From an uncultured archaeon (GTDB lineage Archaea > Asgardarchaeota > Lokiarchaeia > Sigyniarchaeales > SOKP01): 25,533 nt of DNA. The stretch spans positions 1-25,533 of the forward strand of contig CAYUTF010000044.1 of NCBI GenBank assembly GCA_964447495.1. The letters are read 5' to 3'. The notes under the pieces are model-generated. The model was given only the letters and a program-made list of their open reading frames with translations, did not search any database and was not told where the DNA came from. Made by a program: the position numbers and the translations under genes. Positions 8,635 to 17,237 of the stretch are shown one piece after another; position 1 is the stretch's first letter; the number at the start of each line of letters is the position of its first letter.

Positions 8635-9729
8635 TTGAAAGATATGAATATAATTTTCGTTGAGAATATTAAATTTTATAAGAGATTTACTAAGATAAAA
8701 ACAATTGGAGGAATTGAAACTAATACTAAAGATGTTATCATTGAATTGAGAAAAAGGAAAAATCCTGTTTGGAGTTTTAATACAGAAGAAGAGCCAATTT
8801 GGGTGAAAAAAGGTAATGTTGATTTAATTGCTGCTTCTACTTTCGATCCTTTGACTTTTATTCAAGTTAAGAAATTAAAGAAGAAGTTCAAACACTCGGC
8901 TGCAGTCGTTTTTCACGCGCATACAACGGTAGAGGACCTTGCGGGAAATTTTTTACCTGATAAACCTATTTTCAACACCATTTTTAAAATCTGGTTGAAA
9001 ATTTTGTACGGAATGGCTCATTTATTAATAACTCCTAGTGATTTCTCAAAAACATGCCTTGAAAATATTCAGACTACTACCACATATCCAATTTATGCTG
9101 TCAGTAATGGTATTCGTATTAAGGAGTTTCAAGAAAAAAAAGAATATAAATCTAATTTTAGGAAATTTCTAAATAGTAAATATAAAGTACCTTTAGATGC
9201 TAAAGTTATTATCAATGTGGGATTAAGTTGGAAAAAGAAAAGGGTCGATATCTTTGGAAAAGTTGCTCAATCATTTCCAGATTATTATTTTGTTTGGGTG
9301 GGTCCAATAAATAAAAATAGTGACATTGAAAATGCTTTAAATTTAAATAATGTAATATTTACTGGATTCTATGATAATATAAAAGAAGCTTATTATGGAG
9401 CTGATTTATTCTTGAATACTTCTTCAGTAGAGAATCAAGGTATACCTTTAATTGAAGCTGCTATATGTAAACTTCCTATTGTAGCGAGTGATTTACCTGC
9501 CTATGATTGGGTTAAGCACAATGAATCATGTTATAAAGCAAATAAATTGGAGGATTATATTGAAGGAATCAAAAAAATTATTTCAGATTCTATTTTTCGA
9601 CGGAAAATTGTGGAAAATGCATATAATAGTGCTGTAGAATTACATGACTTCAATAAAATAGGAGATAAAATTGAAAAATTATATAAAAAAGCTAAGCTAA
9701 TAAAAAAGATTTGGGATAATAAACGATAG
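8635..9729 (+). CDS. GT4 family (GT-B) glycosyltransferase, CpoA/glycolipid synthase-like
   Basis: GGIE N-terminal motif, HAHTTVED, VSNGI, KKRVD, and the ENQGIPLIEA (EX7E) signature. TTG start, or ATG at 8644. Confidence 0.85.
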   Translation: MKDMNIIFVENIKFYKRFTKIKTIGGIETNTKDVIIELRKRKNPVWSFNTEEEPIWVKKGNVDLIAASTFDPLTFIQVKKLKKKFKHSAAVVFHAHTTVEDLAGNFLPDKPIFNTIFKIWLKILYGMAHLLITPSDFSKTCLENIQTTTTYPIYAVSNGIRIKEFQEKKEYKSNFRKFLNSKYKVPLDAKVIINVGLSWKKKRVDIFGKVAQSFPDYYFVWVGPINKNSDIENALNLNNVIFTGFYDNIKEAYYGADLFLNTSSVENQGIPLIEAAICKLPIVASDLPAYDWVKHNESCYKANKLEDYIEGIKKIISDSIFRRKIVENAYNSAVELHDFNKIGDKIEKLYKKAKLIKKIWDNKR

Positions 9730-9853
9730 AACTCGAATTAGATTTATCTATATTTAATATGAAAAAAAATTCTTTACAAAATAATTAAAATTAAATAATT
9801 GGGAAATTAGATTTTATTTGATTTAAAATAATTAAATTAACCAGAAGATTAAA

Positions 9854-10561
9854 TTGCAAGAATATTTCATAATATTTTTACCTGCATTTTTATTAGGTAT
9901 TTTACATACACTTATCCCCTGTGAGGATAAAGCAATTTTCTTTTTCTGGTCCTTTGGGATTGCGAAAAATCCAAAAAAAAGTCTCTTTATTCTAATTTTA
10001 TATGGTATTGGATTAATATCCTCAAATCTCATTATAGCTTTTGGTACTGTTCTAATTAGTTTAGTTCCTAAATTCATTATACCCGAATTAATTTCAGATC
10101 CTTATACAATAAATTTTTTTGGAGCATTCACTTCTATGTTTGCGGGAATTTTTCTTCTATTTCTTTTTATGAAGTATGATTATATGCCACATTCAAAATA
10201 TTCAAAGGATATTGTTAAGCTTGATTGGGGAAGGAATAAAACGCCTTACCTATTTGGTGTATTAGTAGGATTTGCGCCCTGTATTTTTGAGTTGATTATA
10301 TATTCTCAATGTCTCCAGTTTTCCTTAGCCCATGGCTTTATTGAGGGAATTTTAATAGTCTTTTATTTCTCAATTGGAACCTTTATAGGGTTATTCCCCC
10401 TTGCATTAGCAAAACAGGGAACATCTCGTATAGTAAAACCAAAAGATAGTAGGAAAACACTCATTTTCTATATTATGCTCTCAATTATCATTGTTTTTAA
10501 CACTGTTGTTCTTATCTTATCGTTTTTACGCATTCCAGTATTTCCATTGCAGAATATCTAA
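9854..10561 (+). CDS. CcdA/DsbD_2/UreH-NicO superfamily membrane protein
   Basis: About six hydrophobic segments; LGILHTLIPC and GFAPC pseudo-symmetric Pro-Cys motifs; FSIGT. Confidence 0.7.
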   Translation: MQEYFIIFLPAFLLGILHTLIPCEDKAIFFFWSFGIAKNPKKSLFILILYGIGLISSNLIIAFGTVLISLVPKFIIPELISDPYTINFFGAFTSMFAGIFLLFLFMKYDYMPHSKYSKDIVKLDWGRNKTPYLFGVLVGFAPCIFELIIYSQCLQFSLAHGFIEGILIVFYFSIGTFIGLFPLALAKQGTSRIVKPKDSRKTLIFYIMLSIIIVFNTVVLILSFLRIPVFPLQNI

Positions 10562-10717
10562 ATAAAAGGGATTTATAGATAGGATATAACACAAAAATTA
10601 AAAATTAATCAATAATTCAAAATCAACAGATGGTCTAATATAATAATTTAAATGTGTATTTTTTTATATATTATAGACTAAGATTATAGATTAAAAAATA
10701 ATGAAGTATTAAGAGCG

Positions 10718-13087
10718 ATGAATTGTCTATTTTGTGACTCAAAAAAAATTGAATTTACTTGCGAAAAGTGCAATTCGAGCTTTTGTATTAATCACATGGC
10801 AACCACTGAACAGTGGATGTGTAAAAAACATGACCATAATTATTCAAAAGCTAGTGCTGCTGAAAAAGGATTTCGATGCACCATCGTAGAAAACAGTAAG
10901 TGTCCGGAATGTGAAGCTCTCTTGAGATTAGAGAGATTATCTTCAGGGCAGTATTATCTTGAATGCACAAACCCTAAATGTGGGTGGAACTCTTATTTGA
11001 AAACACCGGGGATTTTTTTTCCAACAAAAGAGCAACTTGCTCGAGAAGCTGCAAAATATAACTTAATCAGAGGATTTAAGTTAAATCTTTGTAGAAGAAG
11101 TTTAAAACATATTGTTGGTAAAGAAATATGCCCCAATTGCTTTTTAGAATTATTGAAAAGAGCTCATATTACAAATTTCTCAACAATTATGAATTCTTTT
11201 AATATAACCGCTCAACAAATGATAAAGCTTATGAATAAATATATGGATGAAGAGCGGATTTATGGAATAGTTGATCAGAAAAATCAGATGTTTTATTATA
11301 TCTCTCCAGAAATGCGTGAAAAAATATTAGTTAAGATTCAAAATGATGGAACTCTAAAAGTATCTGATTTAGGAGACATGCTTGATATGAGCTCAGAAAT
11401 CACTCTCAAAGTAATATATAATTTAATTAGTCAATATCAAATAAAAGGCTCATTTTCTAAGAATAAGCAATTCTATTACACTCAGAAATATATAATAGAA
11501 ACTTTGATTAAAGAAATTAAAGAAAAAGGAAGAGTATCGATTGAAAATCTTTCTAATGTGTTTGATATTCCACAGGAGTTAACAAAATCGTTTTGTGTTA
11601 ATATTATGAGAACTGGAGCTATCAACGCTTTTTTTGCGGATAGAGGAAACGAAGTTATTACTAAAGACAAAATACGGGAAGAAATTGAGGGATATGCTAA
11701 AGAAGTAGGGCTTTTTGAACTAAATAATCTTGCCATAAATCTAAAAATTGCTGTAGAATTAGCTCGTAAGACATTACATGAATTAATCAAAACCGGTACC
11801 ATTAACGGTATTTTTACTCAGAGAAGGGAATTTATGACTAGTAAGCATTTAGAAAAGAAAATTAAAGAGATCGCTCGAGCATATAGAACTATGCCTTTAA
11901 GGGAACTTTCTAATAGATTAGGAGTAACTGAATCCAGCATTGAAGAAAATCTCGCTCAATTAATCGGTAAAGGAGATATTGATGGCTATATAGATATGCA
12001 CAAACGGTTATTTGTTGCTTATAGTGTCCCTCGTTCTGAATCGGGTAAAGCCCATATCAAAGAAAAAGTTACTACCCCTATAGATGAGGGTCAAATTGAA
12101 GTCGTGAGAGATTATGATTTTGAAGGCGGTCAAGTTCATATGAAAATTGCTGTTAGAAATAAGAGCAACATGGCAATCAACAACGTAAAAGTTTTACTTG
12201 ATGTTCCTTCGAGCTATAAATCAAAACAAGCTTTAATAACTATCCCTGTAATCGAGGCAAAAAATTCCCGTGGTGTTGATTTTTATTTAGAACCTAAGCA
12301 ATGTGGCTTATCAAATATTGGAGGTACTGTGATATACAAAGATGCAACAGGAGAGAAGCATACAATTAATATAAAAAAGAAGGAGGTTCAAATTAAATGT
12401 CCGCTTGTCTGTACTTCCCTCACATCCATAGAAAATTGTCAAATTGCGATTAAGTCGTTACCAAACGATGCTCGTGCATTCCTTATCGCTGATTTAGATC
12501 CACGTTTAGCTTATAGAGCAGCGATTAGGACTTTAAAAAATTTTGAAACCAGTGCGGTTACTTCTCATGAAGGTACTGACGCAAAAGGCGCTTATGAAGC
12601 AGAAGCATGGTTCTGTGCTGAAGCAAAGATTACTGGTGGTCGAATTATCACAAGAATTTACGTATCAGAGGGAAGCCAATCCTTAGAAGTGCGTGTATGG
12701 CATGGAAACGCAGGTGGTCTTACAGGATTCTTAGCACGAATAATAGAATTGTTATTTGAAGAGATCAATATTATTCGAAAGATTAAATCAGAAGAACGTG
12801 AAAAAACTATTGATGTGATGGCCATTACGCAAAATTTAGCTGAAGTGAGTGATTATTGTATGCTACGATGGAAAGCTCAAAACATTAGAAATAAATTACA
12901 TGACACGTTCGTTCGATTGAGAAAGCTGCTTGGTGATAAAGAAGCCATTTTAGGGAGACTTGAATTTTGGTTAACACAGTTAAATAAGTATGGAAAAGAT
13001 GACAAAATAACAGATGAGGACGCTGATAAACTAGTTAATGATATTGAAAAGTTTAAGAGTGTCATTGCCCGAGCTATTAAATTGTAG
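10718..13087 (+). CDS. Multidomain protein: Zn fingers + five PCI/UFL1-like winged-helix repeats + Ig-like/platform (adaptin-appendage-like) module + helical tail
   Basis: 789 aa. CxxC-CxxC-CxxH, CKKH, CPEC...CTNPKC and CPNC Zn motifs. Five ~60-aa repeats, e.g. LRELSNRLGVTESSIEENLAQLIGKGDIDGYID. Beta-rich VVRDYDFEGGQVHMKIAVRNKS...FYLEPKQCG...GTVIYKD segment. Confidence 0.75.
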   Translation: MNCLFCDSKKIEFTCEKCNSSFCINHMATTEQWMCKKHDHNYSKASAAEKGFRCTIVENSKCPECEALLRLERLSSGQYYLECTNPKCGWNSYLKTPGIFFPTKEQLAREAAKYNLIRGFKLNLCRRSLKHIVGKEICPNCFLELLKRAHITNFSTIMNSFNITAQQMIKLMNKYMDEERIYGIVDQKNQMFYYISPEMREKILVKIQNDGTLKVSDLGDMLDMSSEITLKVIYNLISQYQIKGSFSKNKQFYYTQKYIIETLIKEIKEKGRVSIENLSNVFDIPQELTKSFCVNIMRTGAINAFFADRGNEVITKDKIREEIEGYAKEVGLFELNNLAINLKIAVELARKTLHELIKTGTINGIFTQRREFMTSKHLEKKIKEIARAYRTMPLRELSNRLGVTESSIEENLAQLIGKGDIDGYIDMHKRLFVAYSVPRSESGKAHIKEKVTTPIDEGQIEVVRDYDFEGGQVHMKIAVRNKSNMAINNVKVLLDVPSSYKSKQALITIPVIEAKNSRGVDFYLEPKQCGLSNIGGTVIYKDATGEKHTINIKKKEVQIKCPLVCTSLTSIENCQIAIKSLPNDARAFLIADLDPRLAYRAAIRTLKNFETSAVTSHEGTDAKGAYEAEAWFCAEAKITGGRIITRIYVSEGSQSLEVRVWHGNAGGLTGFLARIIELLFEEINIIRKIKSEEREKTIDVMAITQNLAEVSDYCMLRWKAQNIRNKLHDTFVRLRKLLGDKEAILGRLEFWLTQLNKYGKDDKITDEDADKLVNDIEKFKSVIARAIKL

Positions 13088-13088
13088 A

Positions 13089-13104
13089 TTTTTTCCTTTT
13101 TTTT
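13089..13104 (+). terminator. Archaeal oligo-T terminator candidate
   Basis: TTTTTTCCTTTTTTTT immediately after the TAG of the 789-aa gene. Confidence 0.5.
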
Positions 13105-13173
13105 ATGAACAATATTTATATATTATATTATAGCTTATTAATATTAATAGAAAAGAACAACAGACTCTAAAAG

Positions 13174-13596
13174 GTGTTTTTTATACCAATTATATCGATC
13201 AGTATTAATGAAAATCTGCGAGAATTTATTAATAAATTAGTATCAAAAAATCACTATGAAAATAAATCAAAACTAATTCGAGATGCATTATTAAGACTAA
13301 TGTCAACAATGGATATCTCCAATATTGAATCCCTAAATATTAGTTCTACAATAAAAAAGCAAATTATCGGTAACATGATAATAGTAGCACCTCATGAGCC
13401 ACAAATCCAGAAAAAGATAAATAAAATTGAAAATGAGCATAAAGATCAAATCGTTAGCAAATATCAACATTTTCAAGGTGAGAATGTCATCCTTTTTCTA
13501 CTCTTTGAGGGAGATGTACAAGATTTCCAAAATTTTGTAGTCGAAGTTAATGGAATCAAAGAGATTAAAAATTTCAGATATTTAATTGTAAATTAA
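13174..13596 (+). CDS. CopG/NikR-like ribbon-helix-helix regulator with ACT-like C-terminal domain
   Basis: IISISINENL...YENKSKLIRDAL RHH pattern. The C-terminal beta-alpha-beta domain ends in FEGDVQDFQNFV...GIKEIK. The canonical NikR HxH...C ligands are missing. Confidence 0.75.
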   Translation: MFFIPIISISINENLREFINKLVSKNHYENKSKLIRDALLRLMSTMDISNIESLNISSTIKKQIIGNMIIVAPHEPQIQKKINKIENEHKDQIVSKYQHFQGENVILFLLFEGDVQDFQNFVVEVNGIKEIKNFRYLIVN

Positions 13597-13700
13597 ATAT
13601 ATATCTTCTCATTTTATTTAAAATTAAGAATAATTTTATTATTAATACTATACTATTTTTTGTATTTACTTTTTAATTACATAATTTAGGGTCATTATAG

Positions 13701-14846
13701 ATGAAAGAAAGTATCAATTCAGGACCAAAAGAAGAAGCTATTTATCGAAAATTACAGGAACATCTTAATACATTACCCATTGGTTATCCTAAAACAGAAT
13801 CTGGCGTGGAAATACGTTTATTAAAACATGTTTTTACTCCTAAAGAAGCAGTTATCGCTACGAAATTAAGATTCATACCTGATCCAATTGAAGCAATATA
13901 TCGCAGAGTAAAGAAAAAGGTAAAAACTATTGAGGAACTTGAAGGTATTTTGTATCATATATATGAAAAAGGCGGAATACGCATAAAGCGTGAAAAATTA
14001 GGAGATAAGACAGTTAAATTATATCAGAACGCATTTTTAGCAGTCGGAATGTTTGAATATCAAGTAAAGAGACTTACGAAGGAATATTTCGAAGATTTCT
14101 TACAATATATGGATGAGGCATATCGTGACGAGTTAGTATCTACAAAAATCAATCAATTGAGAACTATCCCGATAGAAAAGAGCATAGATGTTGTTCATAA
14201 TATTGCTAGTTATGATCAATTAGAAATTCTCCTTGAAAGTGCTTCAAGAATTTCTGTAATGCCATGTGTTTGTAGGAAAGGACAGGATCTTATCGGTGAA
14301 CCATGCAAACAAACAAAAATGCGAGAATTATGCTTTGTGTTGAATGATTCTGTTGAACATGTTTTAGAATTAGGATGGGGGCGTGAAATTACTAAGGATG
14401 AGGCTCGAGAGATTTTTAAAAAAGTCCAAGAAGATGGGTTGATAATTCAACCAGGGAACACAGTAGATCCAAGTTATATTTGTTGTTGTTGTGGTTGCTG
14501 TTGTTGTGTAACTACCAATCTTAAGAAATTAGAAAATCCCTGGGATTTAATAACAACAAATTATTTTGCTGAAGTTGACGCAGATTTATGTATCGGATGT
14601 GAAACATGTTTAGACAGATGTCAAATGGAAGCTATTAAAATGTATGATTCTTTAGCTCAGGTTGATAAAAAACGCTGTATTGGTTGTGGGAATTGCATTC
14701 CAACATGTCCCGAAGAAGCAATAACTCTGATTAAAAAAAATGTTGAGTTAAATCCACCAAAAAGTAACACTGCGCTATATTTAAAAATTATGGATAAAAA
14801 AGCGGAATTAAGAAGGATAGAAAAAGGGAAAAATACAAAAAATTAA
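13701..14846 (+). CDS. 4Fe-4S dicluster domain protein with Cys-rich central motif
   Basis: CVCR, ICCCCGCCCC, and two ferredoxin motifs CIGCETCLDRC and CIGCGNCIPTCP. Confidence 0.85.
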   Translation: MKESINSGPKEEAIYRKLQEHLNTLPIGYPKTESGVEIRLLKHVFTPKEAVIATKLRFIPDPIEAIYRRVKKKVKTIEELEGILYHIYEKGGIRIKREKLGDKTVKLYQNAFLAVGMFEYQVKRLTKEYFEDFLQYMDEAYRDELVSTKINQLRTIPIEKSIDVVHNIASYDQLEILLESASRISVMPCVCRKGQDLIGEPCKQTKMRELCFVLNDSVEHVLELGWGREITKDEAREIFKKVQEDGLIIQPGNTVDPSYICCCCGCCCCVTTNLKKLENPWDLITTNYFAEVDADLCIGCETCLDRCQMEAIKMYDSLAQVDKKRCIGCGNCIPTCPEEAITLIKKNVELNPPKSNTALYLKIMDKKAELRRIEKGKNTKN

Positions 14847-14857
14847 GGTGAAAGTGA

Positions 14858-15217
14858 ATGGGAAAAAATAAATATGGAAAACAATACAAGGGAAAAGGAC
14901 AAAATTTAAAAGGATCTAGTCGATCACAAGGAGCAATTATAAAAGGTGGTAAAATGAAAGCTAGCCATATTTTAGTTGAAAAGTTTTCTAAGGCTCAGCA
15001 GATTTATGAGGATATTCAGTCTGGGACTGATTTTGAGCAATTAGCCCGAGAGAATTCCAATTGTCCTAGTAAAAAACGAGGAGGAAATTTGGGGGATTTT
15101 GGAAAAAACGATATGGTTCCAGAATTTTGGAGCGCCACAGCAAAATTAAATATTGGAGAAATTTCTCAGCCAGTCAAATCTAAATATGGATATCATATCA
15201 TTAAAAGAACAGGGTGA
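14858..15217 (+). CDS. ppiC: Parvulin-type peptidyl-prolyl cis-trans isomerase with basic N-terminal extension
   Basis: ASHILV, FEQLARENSNCPS, GGNLG, MVPEF, PVKSKYGYHII; SD AGGTGA at 14846-14851. Confidence 0.92.
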   Translation: MGKNKYGKQYKGKGQNLKGSSRSQGAIIKGGKMKASHILVEKFSKAQQIYEDIQSGTDFEQLARENSNCPSKKRGGNLGDFGKNDMVPEFWSATAKLNIGEISQPVKSKYGYHIIKRTG

Positions 15218-15234
15218 AAAAGGAGATTTTTAAG

Positions 15235-15307
15235 TAGCCCAGCACGGATTCGAACCGTGGTCACGGGGTTCAGGGCCCCAGATGCTTGACCGCTACACCA
15301 CTGGGCT
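15235..15307 (-). tRNA. tRNA-Gln, anticodon CTG (no encoded CCA)
   Basis: Cloverleaf: acceptor AGCCCAG/CTGGGCT-A with the A1-U72 pair typical of archaeal tRNA-Gln, D stem GTGT/GCAT, anticodon arm TGGGG-CCCTGAA-CCCCG, T arm CACGG-TTCGAAT-CCGTG. Confidence 0.93.
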
Positions 15308-15484
15308 TTAATTTTTAAAATATTAAATATTAGTAATATAAGCTATCTAAAAAAACTTACTTAAAATTAGAATTTAACGACATATTCTCCTTACTCGTAA
15401 ACCTTTAATTAATAACGAAGAATTTTAATTTATATTTTTGTCAATTAAGATAGATTTTTATGCTTAAATGATTTTATAATTTAT

Positions 15485-15588
15485 TGGATTACACATATTT
15501 TAACGGAGGATGTAAAAACTAATTTATTTTTAAACCCGTGACTGAAAAACCCCGTAAAAAAAATTCTTTATCCTCCTAGTGTAATCCA
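15485..15588. ncRNA. Candidate structured RNA / inverted-repeat element
   Basis: Perfect 10-bp outer stem TGGATTACAC (15485-15494)/GTGTAATCCA (15579-15588) and nested 7-bp GGAGGAT (15505-15511)/ATCCTCC (15570-15576) in an otherwise AT-rich spacer. Confidence 0.45.
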
Positions 15589-15658
15589 TCTAAAATTGAA
15601 ATTACTATCATATTTTTACATCTATTATGGTCTTTTGAAATTTATTTAGATAAGTTGA

Positions 15659-15973
15659 ATGATTAAGAAGATGGCACGATCTGGATTTACTAAAATTGAA
15701 GGTAGAATTGTAGAAATAAGATCTGGAGAAAAACAAATAAAAAGAGGATATACTTATGGTTATATTTCAATAAGAGTTCTCGTAGGATATGATTACTATT
15801 CTGTATTAGTAGATACTTCTAAATTAAATCGATATGGATTTTTACCAAGAGTTGGTCAATATATTCGTGTAGAGGGTGTATTATCACAATCGAAGAATAG
15901 TTTATATGACCCTTCAATTACTAGAGTATCTGCATTAGAGCATATTGAATCTCCAAATAAAAAAAAAGAGTGA
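15659..15973 (+). CDS. Small OB-fold nucleic-acid-binding protein (putative)
   Basis: 104 aa, basic and beta-rich: KIEGRIVEIR ... RVGQYIRVEGVL ... ITRVSALE. Confidence 0.65.
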   Translation: MIKKMARSGFTKIEGRIVEIRSGEKQIKRGYTYGYISIRVLVGYDYYSVLVDTSKLNRYGFLPRVGQYIRVEGVLSQSKNSLYDPSITRVSALEHIESPNKKKE

Positions 15974-15982
15974 GATGAAATT

Positions 15983-17194
15983 TTAGATTTTATTTCTAAA
16001 TGAGTTAAAAATTTCGTTAAAATACTTATCACTCATTCCTGCTATATAATCTCGGGCTATTAATGGTAGCTTTCCTTCTTCTTTTAATGGTTTATAATAA
16101 GTAGAATAATTTTTATCATCAATATACTCGATATGTTCTTTGAATATGGGTGCTTTATAATTTTCTTTTTCTAAGTCATTTAAAGACTTGTCAAATATCA
16201 GGCAAAATTGCTTTTTTAATTCAGATTCATAGGATTCTTTATTTGAAGTATTTTTAAACAAATTTCTTCTTGAATAAATCTTATCGTAATTAAATTGTTT
16301 TAACTCTTTTAAAGCCGCAAATATCTCTACACTATATCCTATATATTCACTATTTAAACTATTATCGAGTAAATCCATTATAAGCGTTTTCATAATTTTC
16401 CTATTAGTATCCCCGAGTATCTCTTTACAGTAAGGAGGGATGTCTGATCTTTTGATAAATTTCAATAATATCGCATCTTCTATATCTCTTCCTATATATG
16501 ATATTGTATCCGCAAGACGAACTGCTACACCTTCATATGACATAGGTATTCGCTTAATCTTATTTTCATTAAAAGCATCATCATATTCTTTAAAATGATC
16601 CTGCCATGATTTTCCATTTATCTCTTTAGGTTTTAACTTTTGCTCATAAACTTCACCATCATGACAAAGTATTCCATCTAAGACTTGCAATGTGAGATTT
16701 AATCCTTTTGCGGGCTCATCGGGAAATCTTTTTTCCAAATATGTTAACCATCTTACACCTTGAGAATTATGACTAAATGCTCCTAAATCATATTGCTTAC
16801 TGATATAATCTAATATTTCTTCTCCCAAATGACCTGCTGGAGGATGCCCAAGATCATGTCCAAGAGAGATAGCTTCTATTAAATCATTATTTAATTTTAA
16901 AATCCGGCCTATTTGTCGAGAGATTCTTGACACCAATATGACATGTAAAGAGCGATGGGTAATATTCGCATTATTGATCCCAAAAAATACTTGAGAGCGA
17001 TCTATATATCGAGAATAACAAAGAGAATGGACAATTCTATCTACATCTCGAAAGAATGAGGGACGAATATCAAATTCTGATTCTGCATCTTCATCACAAT
17101 ATCTTACAGCTTCAGAATCAGATATAGCGCGGTTTCCAATATCCGCATCTTTTCTCATGTGAAGTAGATAAATTTTAAGATCGTCTGGTTTCAT
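15983..17194 (-). CDS. HD-domain dGTP triphosphohydrolase-like protein
   Basis: FFRDVDRIVHS, SQVF, RSLH, GHDLGHPPAGHLGE, HN.Q, ADTISY..RDIED, RDYIAGMSD. Confidence 0.88.
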   Translation of the reverse strand: MKPDDLKIYLLHMRKDADIGNRAISDSEAVRYCDEDAESEFDIRPSFFRDVDRIVHSLCYSRYIDRSQVFFGINNANITHRSLHVILVSRISRQIGRILKLNNDLIEAISLGHDLGHPPAGHLGEEILDYISKQYDLGAFSHNSQGVRWLTYLEKRFPDEPAKGLNLTLQVLDGILCHDGEVYEQKLKPKEINGKSWQDHFKEYDDAFNENKIKRIPMSYEGVAVRLADTISYIGRDIEDAILLKFIKRSDIPPYCKEILGDTNRKIMKTLIMDLLDNSLNSEYIGYSVEIFAALKELKQFNYDKIYSRRNLFKNTSNKESYESELKKQFCLIFDKSLNDLEKENYKAPIFKEHIEYIDDKNYSTYYKPLKEEGKLPLIARDYIAGMSDKYFNEIFNSFRNKI

Positions 17195-17237
17195 TAGTGC
17201 TAATCTCTAACATTTGATTTTATCATATATAAATATT

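Noticed and set aside
15215-15233. UGA read-through (selenocysteine) at the parvulin stop
   Set aside because: HIIKRTG is the normal parvulin C-terminus, and a TAA follows within five codons.
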